Shown piece by piece: positions 1 to 9,995 of a stretch of 64,000 nucleotides of DNA. Numbering within the stretch: position 1 is the stretch's first letter; every line of letters starts with the position of its first letter. The position numbers were made by a program, and so were the translations under genes. A model generated the notes under the pieces. It did not search any database. It saw only the letters and a program-made list of their open reading frames with translations, and was not told where the DNA came from. Source of the DNA: an uncultured Acidobacteriota bacterium (lineage in GTDB: Bacteria > Acidobacteriota > UBA6911); contig CAWJKZ010000010.1 of NCBI GenBank assembly GCA_963843575.1, positions 480,001-544,000 on the forward strand. Direction: 5' to 3'.

Positions 1-3000
1 GAGTCGGGCACGGTGAACTCGATTGTGGCGGAGCCCTCGGCGTCGGTGAGGAGCTGCGGGCGCCAGAACGCGGTCTCGGCGAAGTCGCTCCGCATGGGGA
101 CGGGCGGCGCCTCGGCCGCGTGATCCGCCTTGTCGGCCAACGGTTCACCTTTGGCTTCGACGGCGTTCGTCATGGACATGTCGGCCCGCGCCGGAGCTGG
201 CACGGCTGCCGGGGCGGCCATTTCTTGCGCTGCGACGACGCCACCGACCACGCCGCCCACGAACCCGCCGCGCGCGTTCTTGTAGCGGATGCCGGGCCCG
301 CCGATGCCGTACCCCTCAAAGAACTTGAGACGGTCTTCCCGGAGCTGCGGGTATTCCGGGGGCTGGAACAGGCTGTCGTGGAATACGCTGCCGTAGGACT
401 GGCCGAGGTTGCTCTTCAGAAAGGGCGAGGCCCGTCCGGTTCGGGTAGGCCGACAGCGGGGTTGGCGGATGATGGGGGGCAAAGATGTCGAGGCTCCTGT
501 CGTACATGTACGACAGGACCTCCGCCGCGCGCTCCATGACCGGCGCGCCCGAAGGGTTCTTTACCGTAACGCGCCAGGTTTCCCGGGCCCCGGGCCGCAG
601 CTTGTCGCGGAAGCTGGCGAACTCCACCTTCAGCGTCTTGTTGTCCCATGGCACATAGAGCGATTCTTCGAGGTGGACGAACTGGTAGTCGCGCAGCAGC
701 GCCAGCCGCACGCCGAAGCCGCCGCGGAGTTGCTCGGTGACTGGGATCTCGATGACCGCCGCGTCTCGCCCCGAGAGAAGGCGGCGCCGCTCGGCCAGCC
801 GGCCGTCGCGCCACACCTCGAAAAACAGAAGCTGGTCGGAGAGACCCGAGAGCGCCAGGAAACGCGCCGTCCCGCCGACCGGCTGGGACGACTTCTCGGC
901 GAGCAGGACGGCCGGGAGCGCCAGCCGTGTTTTGTCCCCCGCGACGATGAACTCCTCGGCCCGGCGGTATGTGGCGCCGAAATCGTCGATCGTCTCGTAG
1001 TGGAGCCGGTAAGGCCCCGCGGGCAGTTCCGCCAGAGACACGCGTGCCTGGCCCTGGTCGTCGTGTGCGAGCGCGCCGCGAGCGCGCTCGGGTCCGTCCG
1101 CCCAGTCGTGGAGGACGGCCTTGAAGGCGTACTGAGTGTCCCACCTCGGCCTGAGAGAGTCCCCCGGGGTGCGGTATCCCTTCTGACCGGCGGCAGCCGT
1201 TTCCCGCAGGGGCAGGTCGGCAGGCGGCACCGCAGCCTGGGGCTGGCGCAGCGAGACGACGCGCCAGGAGCCGGCACCGGGGCGTGGAACCCCGTTGAGA
1301 TCGGTCCGGGTGATCGTGAAAGCGGCCGGCGTCCCCTCGCGGCAGAAGGACGACTCGCCCGCGATCTGCGCCTCGACGGACACGAAGCCCAGACGGAAAC
1401 TGCGCGAGGCCGAGCGGGTTTCGCCTCCCTCGTCGGTGACGTCCGCGCTGATGCGGTAGCGGTACGTCACCTCTCTCGAGGCCGCCGCGGTGCGTTCGTC
1501 CGCTTCGGGGGTGAACTCGATCTTGAAGGTACCATCCTCACCCAGGCTGGCGGAGCCCGCCGCCACCGTTTGTGAACCCTGTGAACCCGTCCCCCACCCG
1601 CCACCCCACTCATACCAGTACCACCACCACGGGAAGACCGGCTCGCGCGTGGCGCGCCACTTGACGCTGCCGCTGGCGACGGGCAGGCCAAAGTAGTACC
1701 GCACGTCGCCGACGAAGGACGCGGGCCGGTTCAGTTTCAGGGGCGCCTGCGGCTCCCGCAACGAGACCTCGAAGGTCGGCCTCTTGTACTCTTCCACGCG
1801 GATCTGCGCCACGCCCAACTGGGACGCGCGGATCTGCCACGCGCCCAGCAGCCGGCCTGCGGGTATGGTGAACTCTCCCGCCGCGGTGCCGAACTCGTTG
1901 GTGGTGACGGTCCGGTTTTCGACGTTCTGCCCGTTGGCGTCGACCAGGGTAACGGTTAGCGCCTGGGACGGGAGGGTCCGGAAATTCGCGCTGTCGCGTT
2001 CCCCGCCATAGGCCAGCGCCTTCCAGAGCACTTTCTGCAGGGGCCGGTACACGCTGCGGTCTGTATAAACGAGGGCGACCGTCTCCCGTTGCCGTCCGGC
2101 GACCGGGTAGAAGTGGATCGACTGCGGATCCAACGCCACATGCGGGCCGCGCCTGGCAAAAAGAAAGTACCAGCCTCCCTCGCGCCCGGGGGCGTGGGCG
2201 AACCGGGCGGTCCCTTCGGTGTCGCTTGTCTGCCGCTCGGCTATCTTGTGGCCCGTCTGCCAATCGAAACGGTAAAGGCTTATTTGAACCCCGGACTGGG
2301 GCCTGCCGCTTTCGCCCGACAAGACCCGGAGTTCGAGGTCCGAGTCCTGCTCGCGCGACAAGACCAGCACGAGGTCGCTGATCAGCAGCCCCGTAGATAT
2401 CAGCCGGTTGCGCTCGCGCGAAAAATCCGGCCGCGCGGAAGCCACCAGCAGATAGAACCCGGGGGCCTGCAGGGGAGGGGTCACGAAGCTGCGGTGCGAT
2501 TCGTAATCGGGGGTGGGCGGCAGCTCCACGCGCCATTCCGCCAGGGGCTTCTGCGCCGCCATGACCTTCTGCTGTTCCTGGTCGTTGGGGAGCAGGTTGT
2601 AGTCCCGCGCGGTCCCGAGGCGGGCTTCGATGTCGTAGGGGTAGGCCCGGAAGTAGAGCGCGGCAATATTGCGGTGCGTGACCTGGACGGAGCGCTTTCG
2701 GGCGCCGTCGGAGGACATGGATGCGACCGCGAAATCGGGCGACTCGACGGTCTTCACGAGGTGGAAGCAGCGCTTGCCGCCGATCGAATCCGGGTAGGCT
2801 TTCCACCCTTCCTCGGCGATCGCGCGCGCCCGGACGAGCTTCCCCGGCACAGGCTGCTCGCGGACGAACTCGGCGCGCTGCGCCTGCCCCATCGCCCACC
2901 ACGGCACCGGGCGGTACCGCGGCAGACGGTCTTCGAGGTCCTTGAGGATCGCGTCCCGGTCATCCGACTCGGAAATGGAGGAGTGCAGCCGGCGCAGGCG

Positions 3001-3861
3001 TTCGAGCCGGGACTCGAGCGCGGCCTCCGTGCGTCCGGCCGCCGCGTGCCACGACTCGAGATCGTCCAGGATGAAGACGATCTTGACCAGGGGGTGGGTC
3101 GCCGGGTCGAGCAGCGCCACGGGCTGCCGGCCGGCCGTACCGTTACCCGCCAGGAGCGCCTTCAGGTCGAGGCGGTACAGTTCGTTGGACTCCTGGGGGC
3201 GCCAGAACGACGTGTCCGCCAGCAACTGCACGTAGAGGTACGAAATGACGTCGCGCAGCGTGCCGCGGACTCTGTCGGGGTAGTCGTTCTTGTCGATGTA
3301 CGCCGCGAGACGGCCGGCCGGGCTGCCACCCAGCTCGGCGCGCTGCTTCCAGACATCTTCATATGATTTCTGCGCCTCGGCGAACAGCTGCTCGCGGGTG
3401 TACGCCTTCAGGTCCGCCGGCGCCGCCGACTGCACTGGTTCGCGTTGGTTGATCTCCCAGGAATAGGCGCGGTAGTAGTTCACCAGCGACTGCGCATACA
3501 GCAGGTCCAGCGTCGCCCGGTTCAGCAGGCCGCCGGGCCAGGGCTGCTCCTTGAGCAGCCGGACCGCAGTCTCGTAGCCGTGCAGGCCGGTGCGCAGCTG
3601 GACTTCGGTGACCAGGGCGCGGGTCCACTCGTCCTGGTTTCCCGATTTGCGCGCGGCGCCGCGGATTTTCTCGACCGCGGCGGCGGCCTCCTCGAACTTC
3701 TGCTCCGAGATGAGCCGGTCGATTTCCTGCCAGGCTCCGGGTTTGCCCGTCTGTCGTGTCACGACGTTCTGAGACCATGTGATCGCGATCGAAACCGCGA
3801 TGACCGCGATGGGGCCGATCGATAAAAGGACCCTGCACACTCGGGTTTTCGCTGCCGGCAC
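1..3861 (-). CDS. Alpha-2-macroglobulin (MG2 domain) family protein; runs off the window start; one apparent frameshift near 420
   Basis: ORF 316..3861 has the A2M motifs YTDRSVYRP and EEYKRPTFEV. After a +1 slip in the A/T run near 420 the reading continues to position 1 as ...PMRSDFAETAFWRPQLLTDAEGSATIEFTVPDS, the classic A2M segment. GGAGG lies upstream of the GTG start. Confidence 0.9.
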
Positions 3862-4000
3862 GATCTTCCTCCGCTTGGAAGCATGTTGTTACAAGGCTTA
3901 GATTCTCGCGGGAGTTCCACGGTTCCCTGCTATTTGATGACGCGGCGTTTCCGCTGCCTTGCACGAAATATGCGGATCCCAAGTGTGTCCGCGCTTCAGC

Positions 4001-4102
4001 CAAGTGGGTCCGGGCTTCAGCCCGGACGTCTTTGATCCGGGCTATATAGCGACGGGCGCACTGTTCAGCGACCGGAAACAGTGTCCGGGCCGAAGCCCGG
4101 AC
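4001..4102. repeat. REP-B inverted doublet (REPIN-like), empty form
   Basis: GTGGGTCCGGGCTTCAGCCCGGAC (4004-4027), a 55-nt spacer, then inverted GTCCGGGCCGAAGCCCGGAC (4083-4102). The spacer is homologous to the reverse complement of 43897-43952. A degenerate tandem partial copy is at 3980-4000. Confidence 0.85.
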
Positions 4103-4158
4103 TTTCGTATAGCTCGCGTGGTTGATGGCGGAAACTGCGTGCCGTTGGTACCTGCCTA

Positions 4159-5274
4159 TCACTCGTAGATCCGTCCGAGATGGCCGACGATCGCCTTCTT
4201 GAGCTGGAGGGCGTCGACTTCACCCATTTTCCGGTAGATGACCTTGCCCCCCGGGGCCACGAGCATCGTGTACGGCAGCGCGCCTCGCCAGGCCGGGTCC
4301 ACGGCCTCGACCAGCTTGTAGATGTTGTCGAGCGCAAATATGTAGTTGCGGCCGGAGGCCTGTTGTTTGCGGAGGAAGGCGAGGGCGTCGGCCCGCTTGC
4401 CGGGGGAATCGGCGCTGATGGTGATCAGTTCGAACGGGCGTCCCCGGTACATGCGGTTGGCGGTGATCAGGGTCGGGAACTCGATAACGCAGGGCCCGCA
4501 CCACGTCGCCCACACGTTGACGAGGAGCAGCTTTTTCGAGTCGTTCTTCACGAGCCGGCGCACGCCCGCCTCGTCGAGGGTGTCGAGGCGAACCTCTTCG
4601 CGCGCCCACTCCTCGAAACCGCGCTTGACCGAGGCGCGCTTGTCGGCCCATTTTATGGAGCAGCCGAAAGTCTTGGTTGTTTCGACCGGGACCGCTTTAT
4701 TAGCCAGGATGGCCTCGATCGCGTTGCGGGTGTCGTGCACGGTCGCCCGTTCGATCTTCTCCTCATCGTCGACCCGGCCGGCGAACCGCAGCTTTCGCTT
4801 CGCGTCGAACACAAACAGGTGCGGGGTCGACGTCGGGCCGTAGGCGCGGGCCGCCTGCTGCGTGTCGCCGTCGTAGAGGTAGGGGAAGTTGAAGGCCGCG
4901 TCGCGAGCACGAATCTTCATCTCCTCGAACGAATCGCTCAGGTCGCTGTAGCCGAGCTCGTCGAGCCTCACGGCCTGGGGGTCGTTGGGCGAAATCGCCA
5001 CGAGGGAGACCCCGCGGCCGCGATAGTCTTCTGCCAGTTTTTTAATGCGGCCTTCGTAGGCCTGGGCTGTCGGGCAGTGGTTGCACGTGAAGACGATCAC
5101 CAGCACCTCCGACCCGGCGAAGTCCGCGAGCCGGTATGTGCGGCCGTCCACACCCGGCAGGTTGAAGTCAGGTGCCGGGGAGCCTATGGCCAGGGTTTCC
5201 GGTTCGTCCGCGACGCCGAAAGCCGGAAGCAGGCTGGAAGCGAACAGAGCGAGCGAGAGAGCCGCGAGCGGCAT
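4159..5274 (-). CDS. Exported double redoxin/thioredoxin-fold protein (AhpC/TSA + TlpA-like)
   Basis: Signal peptide, then APDFNLPGVDG...FTCNHCP and a second domain with VNVWATWCGPC. AAGGAG precedes the ATG at 5274. Confidence 0.85.
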   Translation of the reverse strand: MPLAALSLALFASSLLPAFGVADEPETLAIGSPAPDFNLPGVDGRTYRLADFAGSEVLVIVFTCNHCPTAQAYEGRIKKLAEDYRGRGVSLVAISPNDPQAVRLDELGYSDLSDSFEEMKIRARDAAFNFPYLYDGDTQQAARAYGPTSTPHLFVFDAKRKLRFAGRVDDEEKIERATVHDTRNAIEAILANKAVPVETTKTFGCSIKWADKRASVKRGFEEWAREEVRLDTLDEAGVRRLVKNDSKKLLLVNVWATWCGPCVIEFPTLITANRMYRGRPFELITISADSPGKRADALAFLRKQQASGRNYIFALDNIYKLVEAVDPAWRGALPYTMLVAPGGKVIYRKMGEVDALQLKKAIVGHLGRIYE

Positions 5275-5415
5275 GGGAGACTCCTTTCTTCGTGTCATGT
5301 TCGTAGCACGCGCGGCCGGTCGCCGCAACGGAAAACGTGGGTGCGTCTTGACAACCCGGGGGCCCGCAGAACAGAATTTTCTGCGCTTGGGGTTCCTCCT
5401 CCAGGAGAATTCGGC

Positions 5416-5934
5416 ATGAAGCACGTCAACTACGCGGAACTGTCCCTCAAGGACGCCCTCGACCTCGCCATCCTGATCGAAGACGAGGCCCGGGAACGCT
5501 ACGAGGAGTTCGTCGCCCAGCTGCAGCTGCACCACACTCCCGACGCCGCCGAGTTCTTCAGCGCCATGGCGCGGAACGAAGCCAGGCACGGGACGGAATT
5601 GCTTTCGAGACGCCGGTCCCTGTTTGGTGACGAGCCCACCCGGATGAGCCGGTCGATGCTCTGGGACGTGGAAGCACCCGATTACGACAAGACGCGCGCG
5701 TTCATGTCGCCCCGGCAGGCCATGACGGTTGCGCTGGAGTCAGAGGTGAAGGCGCACGACTTTTTCGCGGCGGCCCTTCCGCACGTGGCGGACGCGGCGG
5801 TTGCCGCGCTGTTCGCCGAGCTCAGGGACGAGGAAACCCACCACCAGGAGCTCGTTCGCCGCGAACTCGAGCGCCTCCCGGCCGGCCCCGACGCCGACCC
5901 CGACGACTATTCCGACGAACCCGTCGCGCAGTAA
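5416..5934 (+). CDS. Ferritin-like/rubrerythrin family protein
   Basis: Di-iron helices AILIEDEA, NEARH, ALESEVKAH and DEETHH. AGGAG SD. Confidence 0.85.
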   Translation: MKHVNYAELSLKDALDLAILIEDEARERYEEFVAQLQLHHTPDAAEFFSAMARNEARHGTELLSRRRSLFGDEPTRMSRSMLWDVEAPDYDKTRAFMSPRQAMTVALESEVKAHDFFAAALPHVADAAVAALFAELRDEETHHQELVRRELERLPAGPDADPDDYSDEPVAQ

Positions 5935-6358
5935 CAGGGACGGACCACAACAAACAGCGGAACCACATACAGTTAGCCGGAAAACGACGCGAAAAATGGC
6001 CCTTATTTCGTCTTTTGGCGGTTGTTTTCGCGAAATAAGACATTAGAAACCCTCGGGCGGTCATTTTGCTGACGGCTCCCGAGCCAACAGATCATGCAGC
6101 AACCAAGGATAGGAGATTGCCGTTAACGGAGCCGTCAGCCCTCCGGGGCGCGGCGGCGGGCGGGCATCTGCGGCGTTGCGGCTCCTCGACGATGTCACCA
6201 CATCGCCTGCGTCGCGGCGCCTGGCATCTGCCCGCCCGGCGCCCGCGCCAAGATGTGAACTTATTCTTGCGCCAACCCCTTGGTGGGCCGCACTCGCCGG
6301 ACTGTTCCAGGTCCGTCCCGGCTCTTATGACGATATTGCGAAACAAGTGGAGGAGATC

Positions 6359-6847
6359 GTGAACTGCAGGAAGTGCGGCAGAGATTTCCCTTCGGAGTAC
6401 TATTTCAGGGTCCCGGGCTTCTGCCTCGAGTGTTACGCTGCGGCAACCCCGGAGGAACGGGCCCGGTTGCACCAGCCGTCCCCGATGCAGCGGATGTCCA
6501 CGACGGCCTTCACCATCGACCGATACCAGATCGTCGAAACGCTCGGTCTGGTGCGGGGAGTCACGGTGAGGTCGCGATCCATCCTGGGCACGGTCGGCGC
6601 GGCCCTCCAGACGCTTGTGGGAGGTAACATCACTTTGTTCTCGGAGCTGTGCGAGAAGACCCGCGCCGAGGCGTACGAGATGATGCTGAGCCATGCCGAA
6701 GCCATGGGAGCGAACGCCGTCATCGGCGTCCGGTATGACGCTACCGAGGTGATGGACGGTGTGACCGAAGTACTCTGCTACGGCACGGCGGTCGTGGTCA
6801 GACCCCAGGAGAGTGAAGCACCCATTCAAATCCGGACAACGAGGTGA
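6359..6847 (+). CDS. YbjQ/UPF0145 family protein with an N-terminal CxxC..CxxC Zn ribbon
   Basis: GLVRGVTVRSR and AMGANAVIGVRYD...CYGTAVVV (YbjQ). The N-terminus is CRKC...CLEC. GGAGGAG precedes the GTG at 6359. Confidence 0.85.
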   Translation: MNCRKCGRDFPSEYYFRVPGFCLECYAAATPEERARLHQPSPMQRMSTTAFTIDRYQIVETLGLVRGVTVRSRSILGTVGAALQTLVGGNITLFSELCEKTRAEAYEMMLSHAEAMGANAVIGVRYDATEVMDGVTEVLCYGTAVVVRPQESEAPIQIRTTR

Positions 6848-6876
6848 GAGCTCCCCGCTGACCCTGCAAGTTCGCG

Positions 6877-7704
6877 TCAGTCTTTCAATTCACGAATCCA
6901 GATGTTGCGAAACCGGACAGGGTTGCTGTGGTCCTGAAGCATGAGCGGGCCCCGGTCTCCGTGCGGAACGTAGTCGGTTATGGCGTGCGCGGCAACCCAG
7001 CCCGTGCCACCCGTGAGTTCGACATGGTCGTGGATCAGGACGCCGTTGTGGAGGACCGTGAAGAGCGCCCTCTTCTTCACTTTCCCGGCCTGGTCGAAAA
7101 GCGGCCTGTGATAGATGATGTCGTAGGTCTGCCACTGCCCGGGCTTGCAGCTGGCATTCACCAGGGGCACCGCACGTCCGTAGAGCGCCCCGCATTGCCC
7201 GTCGGGATAGGTTTTGTTGTCGTACGAGTCGAGGACCTGGATCTCATACATCCCATGTAGAAAGACGCCGCTATTGCCCCGCCCCTGGCCCGTTCCGGAC
7301 ACGACTGCGGGGGTGGCGAACTCGACGTGCAGCTGGCAGGAGCCGAACTCCCTCCGGCTCTTCGCGTAGCCGGCACCCTTGACGGACTCCATAAATCCGT
7401 CGTGCACGATCCACTTCGACGGCCCGCCCTTCTCGTCCGTCCAGTTCGACAGGCTCACCCCGTCGAAGAGCACCGTCGCGTCCGCAGGCGGTTTTGCCGG
7501 ACCCGTCTCGGCGCCGCACACTCCCGGCACGACCACGGGTGGTGCCGGCCGGCTTTCGTCGTGCACCATCCAGCGCCCGGTCTCCGTCTCGACATATTGG
7601 ACGGGCGCTCCCGTCTGAGGGTTCTGGGCCCATCTCCCCGAAGCCGCCGCGACCGCCAAGCCACTCAGACAGACAACCGCTCCCCACAGCCACGCTTTTC
7701 TCAC
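6877..7704 (-). CDS. DUF1080 (3-keto-disaccharide hydrolase/lyase) family exported protein
   Basis: PPADATVLFDG, GRGNSGVFL, YEIQVLDS and LQDHSNPVRFRNIWIREL. GGAGG precedes the GTG at 7704; the ORF is open from 7773. Confidence 0.9.
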   Translation of the reverse strand: MRKAWLWGAVVCLSGLAVAAASGRWAQNPQTGAPVQYVETETGRWMVHDESRPAPPVVVPGVCGAETGPAKPPADATVLFDGVSLSNWTDEKGGPSKWIVHDGFMESVKGAGYAKSRREFGSCQLHVEFATPAVVSGTGQGRGNSGVFLHGMYEIQVLDSYDNKTYPDGQCGALYGRAVPLVNASCKPGQWQTYDIIYHRPLFDQAGKVKKRALFTVLHNGVLIHDHVELTGGTGWVAAHAITDYVPHGDRGPLMLQDHSNPVRFRNIWIRELKD

Positions 7705-7820
7705 GGCTCGATCCTCCGCGCTGATGAATCTGCCCCAGGCGGCATCGTGCCACCGGGTGAAATGGATAGACAAGCCGAAATGAGGCCGTCGGCCCCTGTT
7801 TAATCGTTCCGAACTTGAAG

Positions 7821-8300
7821 CTATCGTTCTCCCGGCACGGGAGCCGGCGACGGAGCAAGCCCGGACAACGCGCGACCGATCAGCGCGACGATCGACGGCA
7901 CGATGATTCCGCCAACCAGCAGGCCTCCGGCCCTGGACGCCATGGCTGTCGCCATCGGTACGACCGTTCCTTCGGGCGCATTCAGTGCATCCCAGTGCAC
8001 AAAATATGTCTGCAGGTTCCCGAGATAGCTGACAAGCGTCGCCAGAAAGACCAGCACCTGCCCGTACAGCCCGATCGCAATACCGGTCAGGACTGTGCCT
8101 TTCCAGTCAAAGCCGCCAACTCTTTTTGAAAGCGCCCCGAAATAGATGCAGCTGATAGAAGTCAGCCCAACCACCGAGAAGACCGCATTGCCACGCGGCG
8201 TGTAGGGCACGCCGGCGAGTCCGAGGATGAAACGGGCAACCGCCCAGATCAACAACAGCAGCCACGGCAAACGGACAAAGCGAACCACGGAAATCAACAT
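7821..8300 (-). CDS. Hypothetical membrane protein (about 4 TM)
   Basis: Four hydrophobic stretches. GGGGGA precedes the ATG at 8300. Confidence 0.65.
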   Translation of the reverse strand: MLISVVRFVRLPWLLLLIWAVARFILGLAGVPYTPRGNAVFSVVGLTSISCIYFGALSKRVGGFDWKGTVLTGIAIGLYGQVLVFLATLVSYLGNLQTYFVHWDALNAPEGTVVPMATAMASRAGGLLVGGIIVPSIVALIGRALSGLAPSPAPVPGER

Positions 8301-8441
8301 ATTTCCCCCAGCCCAGGAGCAAATGAACTGCAGCAATCGGCAATTGGCCAATTATTCCACAGGCTGCTCGTTCTGACCCGTCTTTTTCGACGAACAGCCA
8401 TGGAGACTTCATTGGCTGCGGCTGCAGCCGGCTAAATTCAA

Positions 8442-8489
8442 AAAAAGAGCCCCAAAATCGCAAATAAGGCCGGTTTTGAGGGTCTTTTT
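8442..8489 (-). terminator. Possible intrinsic terminator / AT-rich inverted repeat downstream of the DegT gene
   Basis: 19-bp imperfect inverted repeat AAAAAGAGCCCCAAAATCG / CGGTTTTGAGGGTCTTTTT, ending in a T7 tract on the minus strand. Confidence 0.4.
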
Positions 8490-8512
8490 CGTCGTATTTT
8501 ACTGCAAAAAAA

Positions 8513-9826
8513 TCATTTGCCTGGGTCCGTCCCCAGTACTTTGCGGAAGGCGTGGATGATGTCGTCCTCGTCAGATTCGGTCAGGCAGGACGGGATGGGG
8601 ATCAGGATGCTCCGCTCGAAGAGACTGTCCGCTACCGGGCATGTTCCCTTGCCGTAGGTCCGGGCCATGCCGGCGTTTTCCGCGAGCCGCCACGGGAACC
8701 CGCCCTTGTCCAACGACGCGTGCTCGACCAGGCTTGCATTTCTCCAGTACAGGTGCAGGCCCCAGTCTGTCATCACGACGTTGGAGATGCCCTGAGGAAA
8801 CGTCCGGATGCCTTCCGCGCGCAACGCCGAACTCACCTTGCGGGCAGTGTCGCCGTCCGGGTAGGTGGTGATCAGGAAGCAGCCGGTGTCGCCGGCGGGG
8901 TCTTGGATGGTCCGGAGGGTCACCCGAGGGAAGAGGCTCAGGGCTTCGCGGATCCGGTACTTGCTCCGCCGCATGCGGGCGACGGTGGACGGCAGCTTTC
9001 TCAGCTGGACCCGCAGCACGGCGGCCCGCAGCTCGTCCAGCCGGTAGCCTTTTCCCCAGAGGCGCAAGTCCGGGTCGTTCTGCACCGGGCGGCCGTCTTC
9101 GTCGCGGGTGTAGCCCTGATCGTGACAGGCGAATGCCCTGGCCGCGAGCCGTGGATCATCCGTAACGATGCAGCCTCCCTCGCCGGCCGTCATGTTCTTG
9201 TTCATTTGGAAACTGAAGATGCCCATGTCGCCGAAGGTTCCGACCTTCCGTCCGCCGACGGTGCCGCCCGCGCATTGGGCGCAGTCTTCGAGCAGGAACA
9301 GGCCGCGGTCGCGCGCGATCTGCCGCACGGCGACGACGTCACCCGCCGCGCCGCTCATGTGGACCATGATGATCCCGCGGGTTTTGGCGGTGATCTGCCG
9401 CTGCACGGCCTTCGGATCGAGGCAAAAGCTCTGATCGATGTCGGCCAGCACCGGTATCGCCCCCTGGTTGACGACGGCGGCGATGACCGAGACCCACATG
9501 TAGGCGGGGATTATGACTTCCTGTCCCGGGCCGACGCCCAGGGCCGCCAGGGCCGTGTGCAGTGCGCCGGTGCCGCTGCTGACGGCGACGGCATGTCGCG
9601 CACCCGCGAACGCGGCGAAGTCGGCCTCGAATCCGGCCACTTCGTTCTGGAAATCGATGCCGTAGTAGCGGAAGAGGGAACGTGATCTGAGGATGCGGAC
9701 GGCGGCCTCGACTTCCTCGTCGTCCATATGGTGGACGCCGGGGAATTCCAGCGGCAGGGGTTGGGTCCTGACCGGCGTCCCACCGGCCTCCGCGAGGCGT
9801 TCGAACTGGCCTTTTGAATTGGGCAT
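8513..9826 (-). CDS. DegT/DnrJ/EryC1/StrS family PLP-dependent aminotransferase
   Basis: AVSSGTGAL, LLEDCAQ and SFQMNKNMTAGEGG with the catalytic Lys. AGGAG precedes the ATG at 9826. Confidence 0.92.
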   Translation of the reverse strand: MPNSKGQFERLAEAGGTPVRTQPLPLEFPGVHHMDDEEVEAAVRILRSRSLFRYYGIDFQNEVAGFEADFAAFAGARHAVAVSSGTGALHTALAALGVGPGQEVIIPAYMWVSVIAAVVNQGAIPVLADIDQSFCLDPKAVQRQITAKTRGIIMVHMSGAAGDVVAVRQIARDRGLFLLEDCAQCAGGTVGGRKVGTFGDMGIFSFQMNKNMTAGEGGCIVTDDPRLAARAFACHDQGYTRDEDGRPVQNDPDLRLWGKGYRLDELRAAVLRVQLRKLPSTVARMRRSKYRIREALSLFPRVTLRTIQDPAGDTGCFLITTYPDGDTARKVSSALRAEGIRTFPQGISNVVMTDWGLHLYWRNASLVEHASLDKGGFPWRLAENAGMARTYGKGTCPVADSLFERSILIPIPSCLTESDEDDIIHAFRKVLGTDPGK

Positions 9827-9916
9827 GAGAGCGCTCCTGTGTGGCGTCAACAAACACGCCCACGATACCCCACCCCCCGCCCGCAGGCAACCCCGCCAAG
9901 TGGGCCGCGGCAATTG

Positions 9917-9995
9917 TGAAGTGCGGCGGCTCGACTGGCTCGCCGCCGTGGCAGCCCGTCGCGCTATTCGACATGGCGCCGAGGCGCCACGCTCC
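9917..9995. repeat. REP-A element (degenerate)
   Basis: TGAAGTGCGGCGGCTCGAC...CATGGCGCCGAGGCGCCACGCTCC. Confidence 0.7.
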
